This document shows, one piece after another, positions 16,499 through 26,546 of a stretch of DNA of 33,248 nucleotides (position 1 is its first letter; each line of letters opens with the position of its first letter). The notes below the pieces were generated by a model. It saw only the letters and a program-made list of their open reading frames with translations, ran no database searches and had not been told where the DNA came from. Source of the DNA: Nitrospinae bacterium RIFCSPLOWO2_12_FULL_45_22 (lineage in GTDB: Bacteria > 2-12-FULL-45-22); contig MHDQ01000302.1 of NCBI GenBank assembly GCA_001803565.1, positions 1 to 33,248 of the forward strand, in the 5' to 3' direction. The position numbers and the translations under genes were made by a program.

Positions 16499-17749
16499 AT
16501 GGATACTATTAAGGCTTCCCTTTATGGCTTTCAGCAGAGATTGAAACACCGCCAGGCCCACACGGCTGATCGGAGTCAACAGATATTTTATGAGGTAATG
16601 CTAAAATACTATCAGATGGTGGATAAAGGCAGAGAAGAGGGTCGGCCTCTGGCCTGGGTGGGCCTGGCCCCTGTAGAGATAGTATATGCCATGGATATTT
16701 TGCCCTTTATGCCAGAATTCCAGTGCATGGTAGTAGCCAGTCAGGGGAATATAGCCGGCTATTTCGATGCCTCAGCGGGTTATGGGTTACCAATAGAGAT
16801 CTGCTCCGTACACCGGGCCATGACTGGTATGGATATCCTACAGGAACTACCTAAGCCAGACTTGATACTAAGCTCTGCCTGTGTGTGTGATTCTACCTTG
16901 AAATTCTATGGTACCCGGACTGAGTATCACCAGGTCCCCTCTTATATGTTAGACCTGCCCCACTGGCGTGATGAAGAGGCTATCCAATACCTTACCAAAG
17001 ACCTGGAGGGTATGGTTCATTTCCTGGAAGAGTTTACCGGCAAAAAGATGGATTATGATCGCCTGAAAGAAATTATGCGCCTGTCAAAAGAGGGTTATGA
17101 CCTGTTTTACGAGATTGGAGAGCTCAGAAAAGCCGCCCCCACACCGCTTCGGGCCCGGGAAGCCTTCAGGAATTTTTCGGTATGGGCCTTTATGTTAGGA
17201 AAGCAGGAGGCAATAGACTATTTCCGGGTCATGCGCGATGAGACCAGGCGAAGGGTAGAGAATAAAGAAGGGGCAGTAGCTGACGAAAAGTATAGGATAG
17301 TATGGCTCTATATCCCGCCCAATTATGCCCTTAGTGTCTTTGACTGGATGGAGACAGAATATGGTGCAACAATACCGATGGATGTCTTTAACTTCCTGGG
17401 AGAATTCGAATGGGATCCAGATAAGCCCCTGGAGACCCTGGCCAGAAAAGCTTATTATTCCTTACTGATACGTCAGCTTGGTGGGCCCATAGAGAATGCT
17501 ACCGATGAAGCGGTAAGGATGGTCAAGGAATATAAGGCCGATGGGGCAGTCTGGTTAACCCAAATTGGCTGTAAGCAAGGATGTGCCGTTATCCGTAGGA
17601 TGAAGGATGTCTTACAGGAAGAGCTTGGGGTACCTTTCCTCAGTATGGATGGAGATGTGATAGACCCCTCAGTCTTACCACCCGATGAGTTAAAATCCAA
17701 ATTGGAAGGGTTTTTTGAAATCCTGGAAGACCGGGTAGCGGTTCATTAA
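16499..17749 (+). CDS. 2-hydroxyacyl-CoA dehydratase family protein (HGD-D/BcrB/BadD-like)
   Basis: Length and conserved Cys/Gly-rich segments (LAPVEIVYAMDILPF, CSV, CVCDS) resemble the HGD-D family. No activator (HgdC-like) gene adjacent. Confidence 0.5.
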   Translation: MDTIKASLYGFQQRLKHRQAHTADRSQQIFYEVMLKYYQMVDKGREEGRPLAWVGLAPVEIVYAMDILPFMPEFQCMVVASQGNIAGYFDASAGYGLPIEICSVHRAMTGMDILQELPKPDLILSSACVCDSTLKFYGTRTEYHQVPSYMLDLPHWRDEEAIQYLTKDLEGMVHFLEEFTGKKMDYDRLKEIMRLSKEGYDLFYEIGELRKAAPTPLRAREAFRNFSVWAFMLGKQEAIDYFRVMRDETRRRVENKEGAVADEKYRIVWLYIPPNYALSVFDWMETEYGATIPMDVFNFLGEFEWDPDKPLETLARKAYYSLLIRQLGGPIENATDEAVRMVKEYKADGAVWLTQIGCKQGCAVIRRMKDVLQEELGVPFLSMDGDVIDPSVLPPDELKSKLEGFFEILEDRVAVH

Positions 17750-17750
17750 T

Positions 17751-18383
17751 TTGGAAGGACATCTAATAGAGATTTATCAGCGCCTACTGGATCATTTCGG
17801 ACCCCAGCACTGGTGGCCAGCGGAATCACCTTTTGAAGTATGTATTGGCGCTATATTAACCCAGAATACCGCCTGGCAAAATGTTGAGAAGGCCATAAAG
17901 AACCTGAAAAATAATGGGCTTTTAAGTCCCCAGGGCCTTAAGGATATCCCGGTAGAAGAATTGGCCAGGCTTATTATACCCGCGGGCTATTTCAATGTTA
18001 AGGCCCGGCGGCTGATGGCCTTTATAGATTTTTTGTGGGCGGAGTTTCAGGGCTCTTTAGAAATCATGTTCTCGCTGGACCTAGCCTCTTTGAGGCCCGA
18101 TCTCCTAACGGTTTCTGGCATCGGCCATGAGACGGCGGACTCTATCCTTCTCTATGCCGGTGGTTACCCCATATTTGTCATAGATGCTTATACTAAGCGG
18201 ATTTTTTCCCGCCACCACCTGGGGCCCGAAGATACTGGCTATCACGAGTGGCAACATTACTTCATGGAAAGGCTTTCCCCAGATACAAAGTTATTTAATG
18301 AATACCATGCCTTATTGGTCCGATTAGGGAAAGAGTATTGCCGGAAAGAACCCCGTTGCTCAGATTGTCCCCTCTCCCGGTGA
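17751..18383 (+). CDS. HhH-GPD superfamily DNA glycosylase (endonuclease III-like) with C-terminal Cys cluster
   Basis: HhH motif LLTVSGIGHETADSILLYA; C-terminal CRKEPRCSDCPL; TTG start immediately after the upstream stop. Confidence 0.7.
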   Translation: MEGHLIEIYQRLLDHFGPQHWWPAESPFEVCIGAILTQNTAWQNVEKAIKNLKNNGLLSPQGLKDIPVEELARLIIPAGYFNVKARRLMAFIDFLWAEFQGSLEIMFSLDLASLRPDLLTVSGIGHETADSILLYAGGYPIFVIDAYTKRIFSRHHLGPEDTGYHEWQHYFMERLSPDTKLFNEYHALLVRLGKEYCRKEPRCSDCPLSR

Positions 18384-18844
18384 TGAAATTTATTGCTGAT
18401 GCACCCTTAGGAAAATTGGTTAAATGGTTACGAATCTTAGGGTATGATACCCTCTACTTCCGAGAGAAGGGTTTAACGAGACTGATAGAGAGGGCTGAGA
18501 GAGAAGATCGTATAATACTTACCCGGAACCGCCACCTAAAAAGGTTGTCAGAAGGGAAAAAGTCCTTGTTCATTACTCAGAACCAGCCTTCTCTCCAGCT
18601 CAGAGAAGTCATCCAGGCTTATAATATAAAGAAGGGTGAAGAGGCCTTTTCGCGGTGCCTGGTCTGCAATCATCCCTTACAAGAGATAGCCAGGAAAGAA
18701 ATAGAAGGAAAAGTGCCAGAATATGTTTATGATACCCAAAATGATTTCTTTACCTGCCCCCAATGCCACCGGATATACTGGCCAGGTACTCACCTCCAGA
18801 GGATGGAGGAGAAGATTGATACTTTATGTTCAGAGGTGGAGTGA
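18383..18844 (+). CDS. Mut7-C RNase-domain protein (DUF82/PF01927-like)
   Basis: MKFIADAPLGKLVKWLRILGYDT N-terminus and C-terminal CxxC…CxxC zinc ribbon typical of Mut7-C; ATG overlaps the upstream stop (TGATG). Confidence 0.65.
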   Translation: MKFIADAPLGKLVKWLRILGYDTLYFREKGLTRLIERAEREDRIILTRNRHLKRLSEGKKSLFITQNQPSLQLREVIQAYNIKKGEEAFSRCLVCNHPLQEIARKEIEGKVPEYVYDTQNDFFTCPQCHRIYWPGTHLQRMEEKIDTLCSEVE

Positions 18845-20109
18845 TGGAATTTATTGCCGATTTTCATATCCATTCCAGATATAGTCGGGCTACCAGCCGG
18901 GAAATGCAGGTAGAAAACCTGGCTGAGACAGCCAGTAAAAAAGGTATTACCCTATTAGGTACGGGCGATTTTACTCATCCTCTCTACCTGGCCGAACTGA
19001 AGGCCAAACTGAAACCGGCTGGCAATGGTCTGTATTCCTTAAATAAAGGGGGGGATGAAACCCGCTTTATCTTGACGAGTGAGGTAAGCAATATCTTTAG
19101 CTTCCGGGGAAAGACCCGCAGGATCCATACCCTTATCTTTGCCCCTAGCCTGGAGGTAGTAGAGAAGATTAATGGGAAGCTGAGCAAATGGGGCCGGCTG
19201 GAGGCGGATGGGAGGCCGATTTTTGGCACCCCGGTAAAGGAGCTGGTAAAATTAGTCCTGGATAGCTCACCGGATTGTTTTCTGGTACCGGCCCATGCCT
19301 GGACGCCCTGGTTTTCTCTGTTTGGGTCTAATTCTGGTTTTGATTCTATAGAAGAATGTTTCCAGGAAGAGGCAAAAAATATCAAGACAATAGAGACGGG
19401 GCTCTCTTCTGACCCAGAAATGAATTGGCGTCTCTCGGCCCTGGATAAGATTATTCTAGTCTCTAACTCCGATGCCCATTCTCCCAATAAGCTTGGCCGG
19501 GAAGCTAATGTCTTTCAGGGGCAGTTGGATTATTATGAGATTATCTCCGCTATGCAGCGCCCAACTGCTAATAAGCCTACCCGCTTCCTCTATACTATAG
19601 AATTTTTCCCTGAAGAAGGTAAATACCATTATGACGGACACCGAAACTGTCAGGTGGTTTTGCCACCAACGCAGAGCCTCAAGCTGGATAATATTTGCCC
19701 TAACTGTAGTCAAAAACTCACTATCGGCGTTATGCATCGCGTAGAAGAACTGGCAGATCGGCCAGCCGGCTTTGTCCCTCCAGGGGCCATCCCCACTAAA
19801 CACCTGGTCCCTTTAGCAGAGATCATTGCCGCAGCCCTGGGGTGTGGGACAGAAACTGCCGCAGTAAAGAAAGAATACGATAGGCTAATTTCTATTGCCG
19901 GGACGGAATTCAATATCTTGTTACGGATGGAGGAGAAGGATCTGGCCCGGTTCACACCCCCCAAGATATTGAACGGGATACTTAATGTCCGACAAGGCAA
20001 GGTAGAAGTATCGCCGGGCTATGATGGCGTATATGGAAAAGTGAGTATTACCACCGAAAAAGCCTCTCCCGGAAAAGGGGAGAAGGCGCAACAGATGAGC
20101 CTGTTTTAG
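18844..20109 (+). CDS. Endonuclease Q-like PHP-domain nuclease
   Basis: MEFIADFHIHSRYSRATS PHP metal motif, further His ligands, CPNCSQ zinc-finger region; TGATG overlap with the upstream gene. Confidence 0.65.
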   Translation: MEFIADFHIHSRYSRATSREMQVENLAETASKKGITLLGTGDFTHPLYLAELKAKLKPAGNGLYSLNKGGDETRFILTSEVSNIFSFRGKTRRIHTLIFAPSLEVVEKINGKLSKWGRLEADGRPIFGTPVKELVKLVLDSSPDCFLVPAHAWTPWFSLFGSNSGFDSIEECFQEEAKNIKTIETGLSSDPEMNWRLSALDKIILVSNSDAHSPNKLGREANVFQGQLDYYEIISAMQRPTANKPTRFLYTIEFFPEEGKYHYDGHRNCQVVLPPTQSLKLDNICPNCSQKLTIGVMHRVEELADRPAGFVPPGAIPTKHLVPLAEIIAAALGCGTETAAVKKEYDRLISIAGTEFNILLRMEEKDLARFTPPKILNGILNVRQGKVEVSPGYDGVYGKVSITTEKASPGKGEKAQQMSLF

Positions 20110-20206
20110 CCATTGCAGCAGATGTAGCGGCAGCACCCAGATGGTACCCCGGTACCCTCTGGGTACTGCAAGTAGAAAAAGTCTAGCCGAGAGGCTTGTT
20201 TTCGCT

Positions 20207-21184
20207 ATGCACCAGCCGATAAGAATCCTGAAAGAAAACCGTATCGGGCAGGTATTGCAACCACCCCTTATCCCTTGCCAGCGGAACATACCAGCGGTCA
20301 ATATCGCCCGTGGATGCAGCTTTTCCTGCGTCTATTGCTATGCCCGGGGGTATAGTAATGCGCCAAGAAAGGATGAGGTATATGTTTATTCTAACCTGGC
20401 AGAAAAACTGATTCAGGAATTAGAAAACCCTCGCCGGCGTAAACCCTGGCCCCGCTATGTATCCCTAAATACCTCCACGGATTCCTTCCAGCCCTATGAA
20501 GAGGTACTAGCTATTTCCTGGCAGGTAATGCAACTTCTTCTGCAACGTAATATTGGGATATCTTTGCTTACTAAAGGAGAGATCCCGCCAGAGTTTATCA
20601 CGTTATTCCAGCGATCCAAAGAGCGGGTAGCAGTAGCTATCGGCCTGGTATCTCTGAGCGAGGCATTTAAGACCAGGTACGAACCTGGAGCTGCCTCCAT
20701 AAACGATCGGTTAGATACCATAGCCCGCTTAACCAGAGCGGGGATAAATGTCCGGGTACGACTGGACCCATTAATACCCGGTATAAATGATACCCCAGCC
20801 GAGATAAGGGATTTGTTCCAGGAATTGAGCTGCCGCGGTGTAAACACTGTGTCAGTAAGCTATCTAATGATGCGCCCCGGGATCATGGGGCAAATAAAAA
20901 GAGAATTACCCGCGGTTCATTACAAGCTTTTAGAGGGGTATTTCCAATACCGCCCCCGGAGCTTTATTGCTGCTTCGCAAAATACCCAACTTATCTCCCC
21001 GGTATTGCGGTTAAGAAGATATGAGGAAATAAAGGCCCTGGCCGCGGAACATCAGTTAAAGGTCTTGATCTGTTCCTGTAAGAACCCTGGATTAGCAGCC
21101 GACCTCTGTAGCCAACCGGAGCAAGAATTCTTATCTGCTACCCGACCCTCTAATAATACCCGGCAACTATCCCTCTTTAAATAG
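20207..21184 (+). CDS. Radical SAM protein, spore-photoproduct-lyase-like (SplB/COG1533 family)
   Basis: CSFSCVYC radical SAM motif near the N-terminus; architecture similar to DNA-repair radical SAM lyases. Confidence 0.6.
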   Translation: MHQPIRILKENRIGQVLQPPLIPCQRNIPAVNIARGCSFSCVYCYARGYSNAPRKDEVYVYSNLAEKLIQELENPRRRKPWPRYVSLNTSTDSFQPYEEVLAISWQVMQLLLQRNIGISLLTKGEIPPEFITLFQRSKERVAVAIGLVSLSEAFKTRYEPGAASINDRLDTIARLTRAGINVRVRLDPLIPGINDTPAEIRDLFQELSCRGVNTVSVSYLMMRPGIMGQIKRELPAVHYKLLEGYFQYRPRSFIAASQNTQLISPVLRLRRYEEIKALAAEHQLKVLICSCKNPGLAADLCSQPEQEFLSATRPSNNTRQLSLFK

Positions 21185-21366
21185 TAAATAATTTGTAGTG
21201 GGTTGAAAAAGGAGACACAAATTATACAAATGGGGGAAAATTTGAATCGAGGGAGACAATAGAGTGAAAAAAGACCGGATAAGAAATGTCATTGGAGAAA
21301 GGTTAAAAAATAAATATTAAGCCATGCTCGCAGGCTATAGGCAAAAATATGTTCAGGAATAAAAAC

Positions 21367-21897
21367 CTATTTCTTGGCTCCTTTATCCGGGCCTTTCCTA
21401 TGCCGGTTTTGACCAGGGGGCCAGTCCTCTGAACCCTTCTTGTGAGGGGCTTTACCGTAGGGGGAGGTAACTGATCCCTCCCATCCCTTTTTACCAATTC
21501 CCTTTATACGGTCTCTGGCATGCTTGGCCCTCTTTACCAAAGGGCCTAACTTCAGGCCATTTTCCTTAGCTATCCTGCCAAAGCCCTTCCCACTTTTGAA
21601 TTCTGCTACTATCTCCTCAAAGGTTTTACCTGTTTCTTTAGCCAGGGCATTGGCAATGAAGATTTGGCCATAGCCAAACCCGGTCTCTTCCCTTTGCCGT
21701 TGAATGTTTTCCCTGTCTATACCGAGTTCTTCTGAAACTATTATGATGATATCTTTCAGATCCTGAGGCCTGCGAGACTCTGCCTTATCCAGAATTCCTA
21801 TTACCGTGTCCAGGCCCTGCTCATGATCTTGAGCCAATATCGGAGAGATACCTAGTGATAATAACAAAAGTAGAAGGATACATGCCCTTAATACCAT
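21367..21897 (-). CDS. Secreted hypothetical protein with basic Gly/Lys-rich C-terminus
   Basis: Signal peptide MVLRACILLLLLLSLGISPILA; no recognisable domain. Confidence 0.55.
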   Translation of the reverse strand: MVLRACILLLLLLSLGISPILAQDHEQGLDTVIGILDKAESRRPQDLKDIIIIVSEELGIDRENIQRQREETGFGYGQIFIANALAKETGKTFEEIVAEFKSGKGFGRIAKENGLKLGPLVKRAKHARDRIKGIGKKGWEGSVTSPYGKAPHKKGSEDWPPGQNRHRKGPDKGAKK

Positions 21898-22224
21898 TTT
21901 CACCGTCCAGCCTCCTCCTCTCTTAAAAGACATCTTGTAACGGTTTAGCTAAGTAAAGTCTTCTTAAAAAATGGACCAAAAGAAGCGCAAAAAAATAAGA
22001 TGAACCACAAAGTCAAAGAACACAAAAAAACCGTGATCGTTCTACATGTCGGTGTCCGTTATTAACCGTTATTAATTGATGCGGACAGGGACAACGGACA
22101 CGGCATACACGTCCTTCGTGGCTTTGTGGTAAAAAATTTTATCCAAAATTTTCTTGTGCCTTTTTGCGACAAAATTGTTACAATTTACCGAATTTGGTGA
22201 TGGTTTAGCCAGATAGAGGATTCA

Positions 22225-22719
22225 TTAGGGGCTTCCTTTGAATAATCTTTTTCGAAAATTTAATATCCCGTCAGCATCCTCTGGCTTTTTTTGTTGGGAA
22301 TTGGCCTCTATGCTTGCTGCTTTCTTATTCGTTGCTAAGTCTTTTTCTTTCGGCATCTCCATTTGCTGGTTAAGGTGTGCTTTTTCCTTCTTGTCAGGAA
22401 CAAGAATATTGACTATTCCAGTTATACCATTACGGTATTCTTCCAATGCGGATAATTTTTCCATAAGATGTTGGTATCGTTCTTGGGCCTCCAGTAATCT
22501 TTCGAGTTTTTCCTTCTTTTCCTCCAGAATAATTTCCAATTCTTTGATTTTGGCCGTTAGATTTTGGATAGCAAGCATGTTTTGTCCCGCTTCTCCATCT
22601 AATTCCGCTTGCTTGGAAGTAATCAATTGAACTACATCATCTAGCTTGGTTCTAACGTCATTCACTGAGTGATAAATGGTATCAAAGATTTCATCTTTTT
22701 TATCTAATTTCTCTATCAT
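22225..22719 (-). CDS. Coiled-coil hypothetical protein
   Basis: Heptad-rich (…KIKELEIILEEKKEKLERLLEAQERYQHLMEKLSALEEY…). Confidence 0.5.
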   Translation of the reverse strand: MIEKLDKKDEIFDTIYHSVNDVRTKLDDVVQLITSKQAELDGEAGQNMLAIQNLTAKIKELEIILEEKKEKLERLLEAQERYQHLMEKLSALEEYRNGITGIVNILVPDKKEKAHLNQQMEMPKEKDLATNKKAASIEANSQQKKPEDADGILNFRKRLFKGSP

Positions 22720-23030
22720 AAAACCCTCCTAGAGTCCTATCTCAGTCCTTTCCAGGGAGAACTTTTATCCGCTGAGGCCAAAATGAGACAAAAAATGCTA
22801 CCGCCTAGAGTTATAGATATCCTTCCTTTCGCCCAAAAAGCAGTTAATACTCTTAGTCAATAAAATTATCTTACTAACTTACCGCAGAGCACACAGATAA
22901 ATGTCACCTTGAGCGAAGCGAATGAGTTAGAGAGAAAGTTACTCTATGGGCCTCTCTACTCTATTTATTTATCGGAAAATATAGCGATTAACATTAGAAA
23001 AAAAACCCCGAAGGATATCCCCTGTCCTGG

Positions 23031-24542
23031 CTAGGTCCTAGGGGTAAAAATATTTATCAGAGGTAACAGGTCTTCCCCCAGAAGCACTCTTATATGGATA
23101 TCCTTACGATTAGAGAAGGACTCTTGAAGCCCTTGCTCTCCAGGAATATCGTGGTTCATAACAACGGCCTGCTGGCCATAACCTTCTTGATAGAGGATCA
23201 TAGTATTTTTATGGCCAAAATGCTCGGCATTCGTCAACCTCGCTACCCGATACCCCCTGACTTTTAGGTATTCACTTACCCTGGAGGCCATTCTAGCAAG
23301 TCCATTTCCGTTAGATACTTCTACCCGGAATCCCTCCCCCTCTCCTGGTTGGTTAAGAGAAGCCTGCAAAATCGGTTTCTCTTCCTCTTTTTTTAATGGT
23401 TGGATATCTTCCTGAAAGAGATTGGCCAGGGGCAGTAAGTCTCTCCCCAGAAGAACTCTTATATGGATATCCTTACGGTTGGAGGAAGAGATTAAGAGTT
23501 CTTGCTCTCCCGGTATTTCATGGTTCAGAGCAATAGCTTGCTGGCCATAACCTTCTTGATAGAAGATCATAGTATTTTTATGGCCAAAATGCTCGGCATT
23601 CGTCAACCTCGCTACCCGATACCCCCTGACTTTTAGGTATTCACTTATCCTGGAGGCCATTCTAGCAAGTCCATTTCCGTTTGATACTTCCACCCGGAAT
23701 CCCTTCCCCTCTCCTGGTTGGTTAAGAGAAGCCTGCAAAATCGGTTTCTCTTCCTCCCCTGGGGTAAGAAATTCCAGGCGAGAGATATTAGGGGACTCTT
23801 CTATTAAGATGAAATCCGGTTCTTTTAGTTGAATTTCATTGATCGAGAACTCTGTAAGCATCCAGGATTCATCCTCGGCTTTTAGTAAGCCAGGGGCTAC
23901 AGAGATTTTATTTGAGAACGATCTTTCCGGACTAATGTTCCCGTCTGGTTGGGTAAAAACTTTACCCGTAGAAATAGGAGTTTTTGATTCACCTGATAGG
24001 GCATTCGGGCCTGTCCCCAGCTTGCTATAGGTAAAATCTAAATTATTACGGGTTCTTCTATTTTCTTTATCCAGGGATAAGACTTTTTTAAAGTATTTTA
24101 TTGCCTCCTCAAATCTCCCTTGTAAATAATAGGAATAACCCAGGTTATTCAGCACTGATACCCTCTTGGGATCAATATTTAAGACCAGGCGGTATTCCTC
24201 GGCAGATTCTTCGTACATCCCTTTAAGGTCATAGGTGACACCAAGACCATTGTGGGCCTCCAAGAAATCTGGCTTTAAGGCAATAGCCTGGCAAAATTGC
24301 TCCATAGCTCTATCGTATTGCTTCTGGCTGAGATAGTATTTCGCTAGCCTATAAGCAGCTAAGGGATCGTCCGGGCGAGTCCGGACTGACTCAATAAATT
24401 TTTTTACTTCTTTGTTGGTGATCCCATACTCCTGCTTTCCAAAGATATTTATTGGCAGCCAGCTAGTAAAAGTACGGGTAGCACTGCACCCCGCTATGAG
24501 TATGATTACTGTCATCCCCAAGAGATAGATTATCTTGCGCAT
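23031..24542 (-). CDS. TPR-repeat lipoprotein with two tandem LytR_C-like C-terminal modules
   Basis: Lipobox IAGC; three or more TPR units; two ~124-aa modules (GFRVEVSNGNGLARMAS…VRGYRV…IHIRVLLG.DLLPL) that are >90% identical at the nucleotide level. Confidence 0.75.
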   Translation of the reverse strand: MRKIIYLLGMTVIILIAGCSATRTFTSWLPINIFGKQEYGITNKEVKKFIESVRTRPDDPLAAYRLAKYYLSQKQYDRAMEQFCQAIALKPDFLEAHNGLGVTYDLKGMYEESAEEYRLVLNIDPKRVSVLNNLGYSYYLQGRFEEAIKYFKKVLSLDKENRRTRNNLDFTYSKLGTGPNALSGESKTPISTGKVFTQPDGNISPERSFSNKISVAPGLLKAEDESWMLTEFSINEIQLKEPDFILIEESPNISRLEFLTPGEEEKPILQASLNQPGEGKGFRVEVSNGNGLARMASRISEYLKVRGYRVARLTNAEHFGHKNTMIFYQEGYGQQAIALNHEIPGEQELLISSSNRKDIHIRVLLGRDLLPLANLFQEDIQPLKKEEEKPILQASLNQPGEGEGFRVEVSNGNGLARMASRVSEYLKVRGYRVARLTNAEHFGHKNTMILYQEGYGQQAVVMNHDIPGEQGLQESFSNRKDIHIRVLLGEDLLPLINIFTPRT

Positions 24543-24607
24543 ATTCCTCCTCCTCTTAGGATTAATTAAATAGTAATTACTGATAGTTGACGGGCCTGAA
24601 GGCCCCC

Positions 24608-24949
24608 TTAAAAGGCATACTCGGGATCAATAATAGACTCTTCACAACCCGGGAACGGGGAGGTAAAAACATCATAGACCCCGGCTGCTAAACGATAAAA
24701 CATCCATCCAGTTCCCACAAAGACTCCTGCTAAACCTTGAGCCGTCGTCCCCCAGAAAGTATCCCCATTGCGGGATAAAAGATACATCTGTTTTGGAATT
24801 TCGTAGGGAGAGGAACCAATATTGATCACCCCCCGTCCGAATTTCAGGAAAGGCTTATAGGCCCCAGGCATCTCCTCCTGGGCAAAACTCCTTGACATAA
24901 ACATAAATGGCACGATTAAAACCATGGCTATAATTAATGCCTTCTTCAT
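24608..24949 (-). CDS. Small secreted protein (possibly TIGR04073-like, exosortase-associated type; uncertain)
   Basis: Signal peptide MKKALIIAMVLIVPFMFMSRSFA; Gly/aromatic-rich mature part. Confidence 0.5.
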   Translation of the reverse strand: MKKALIIAMVLIVPFMFMSRSFAQEEMPGAYKPFLKFGRGVINIGSSPYEIPKQMYLLSRNGDTFWGTTAQGLAGVFVGTGWMFYRLAAGVYDVFTSPFPGCEESIIDPEYAF

Positions 24950-24980
24950 GATACCTCCTTTCCCCTGTTCTATTGGTTGC

Positions 24981-26546
24981 TCACCCTCTGGGGCCTGAGA
25001 AACTCCGGGTAATGGCCTGACCGTTCCTTCTTGCGAAAATAAGGGTGGTACTATCTTCATAAACCTTCTGCCAATCAGAAGACCCTAATAGCATTGTTGC
25101 CAAAGGGTCTTTGGGGGGCCAGATGACCCATTGAACTTTGTATTTTGCTAAGAGAGAACCCCATCCTGACTGAATCAAAGTTATGGATAAATAATCATCC
25201 GCTACCTTCCCAGGGTAGACTTGCGTTCGTCCATCAATAAACACCTGATAGTCAGGATAAAGATGGTAGATCAGGTATCCTCCCCAGTTAAAATGATTAA
25301 ACATATGGCCTGGCAATCCAGCAGATTTGATAAATTCAACCGCCTGAACAGGAAACTCTTTACTACTTACTAAGGTAGGAGAGTTTATCAGAAGAATTGT
25401 TTTGCTAGCGATAAAGATTAGGAGGCCAAGGATCAAGCTTACATTCAGACCAAGGAAAAATGGCCCTGGGCTTTTAAATATGCCTGCGCGGTAGGCGGCC
25501 GGGTGAATAAAACGCTGCCAGGTTGAATGATCAATATGGGCTAAGTGATATCCCAGCATAATACTTACAATAATAGTAAAATAGGTGATATCCCTGCTAT
25601 GCGATAGGGCTTGATGAAGCAGCCCAATAAAGAGGATAATAGTAACAACATTAGGCTTTTTTCTGGATAAGGTAAATGCCAGGATAGACAACATTACCAT
25701 AAACTCAAATAACCTCATAGGCCATATATGGAAATTTGGGGATTGAAGCTCTTCGATCCAGGTAGCGGTCCACCCTGAGGATGCATGGAGGCATAGATTG
25801 AAAATATGGATATAGAGATGGTAAAGGTAAGGATTGACAAGAGGGGTAAGGAGGCAGAGAATATTGATGAGCAGGATTGTCTTCCTACGCCGAAACGGTA
25901 AAGGGACTTCTCCCTTATCCTTGACCAAAAGGGTTTCAAGTGAAAAGAAGGTCAACAGTACTAGTCCTATTACAAAGTAGACATGGCAATTGGCCCATAT
26001 CATTATGAGAAGGGGAAGGAGCCATAAAAGGCTGGGGTGTTTTTTGGCTTCTACCCGGAGGAGGAAAACAAATATGGCGGCGAATAAGAAAGAAAATAGT
26101 TGGGGCCTAAGGGTCCAGGAGGGTGAGGCATAGAAGGCTAGGGTGGTCAAGATAACTGCCAGCCGTAGGCTTCGGGTTTCCCGATAAATGGTAAGGTAAG
26201 CAAAAATACAGGTCAGGGTGATTAAGAGGGCTTGAAGTAAGATTAATCCCTGGCAACCAGTATATTTATCAACCCCATAAAAGATTAATTCCGCTAGCCA
26301 ACTATAGGCCAACCAGGGGTTTTGATTGGTGGTGAAGGAAAAAGTATCGGTAGAAGGTATCCCCTTTTCCAGGATAATCTGGCCAGCCCTCAAATGCCAC
26401 CAGATATCCGGGTCTACTATTGGCTGCCTTATACCCTGATAAAAGATCATCCCTAGCATACAAATAACCAGGACAACCTGGGCGTTTAGCCCCCCCAAAT
26501 AGGGGCTAATTCCTTCTTTGTATTTATCCAGAAAAGATTTATTCAT
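24981..26546 (-). CDS. Large polytopic integral membrane protein, possible GT-C-type glycosyltransferase with C-terminal periplasmic domain
   Basis: About 12 predicted hydrophobic helices; DPDIWWHLRAG loop motif; soluble C-terminal ~150 aa. Confidence 0.55.
   Translation of the reverse strand: MNKSFLDKYKEGISPYLGGLNAQVVLVICMLGMIFYQGIRQPIVDPDIWWHLRAGQIILEKGIPSTDTFSFTTNQNPWLAYSWLAELIFYGVDKYTGCQGLILLQALLITLTCIFAYLTIYRETRSLRLAVILTTLAFYASPSWTLRPQLFSFLFAAIFVFLLRVEAKKHPSLLWLLPLLIMIWANCHVYFVIGLVLLTFFSLETLLVKDKGEVPLPFRRRKTILLINILCLLTPLVNPYLYHLYIHIFNLCLHASSGWTATWIEELQSPNFHIWPMRLFEFMVMLSILAFTLSRKKPNVVTIILFIGLLHQALSHSRDITYFTIIVSIMLGYHLAHIDHSTWQRFIHPAAYRAGIFKSPGPFFLGLNVSLILGLLIFIASKTILLINSPTLVSSKEFPVQAVEFIKSAGLPGHMFNHFNWGGYLIYHLYPDYQVFIDGRTQVYPGKVADDYLSITLIQSGWGSLLAKYKVQWVIWPPKDPLATMLLGSSDWQKVYEDSTTLIFARRNGQAITRSFSGPRG

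Noticed and set aside
22238-24030. Plus-strand ORFs 22238..22630 and 23839..24030
   Set aside because: Antisense to the coiled-coil and TPR-lipoprotein genes; compositionally biased; no RBS.
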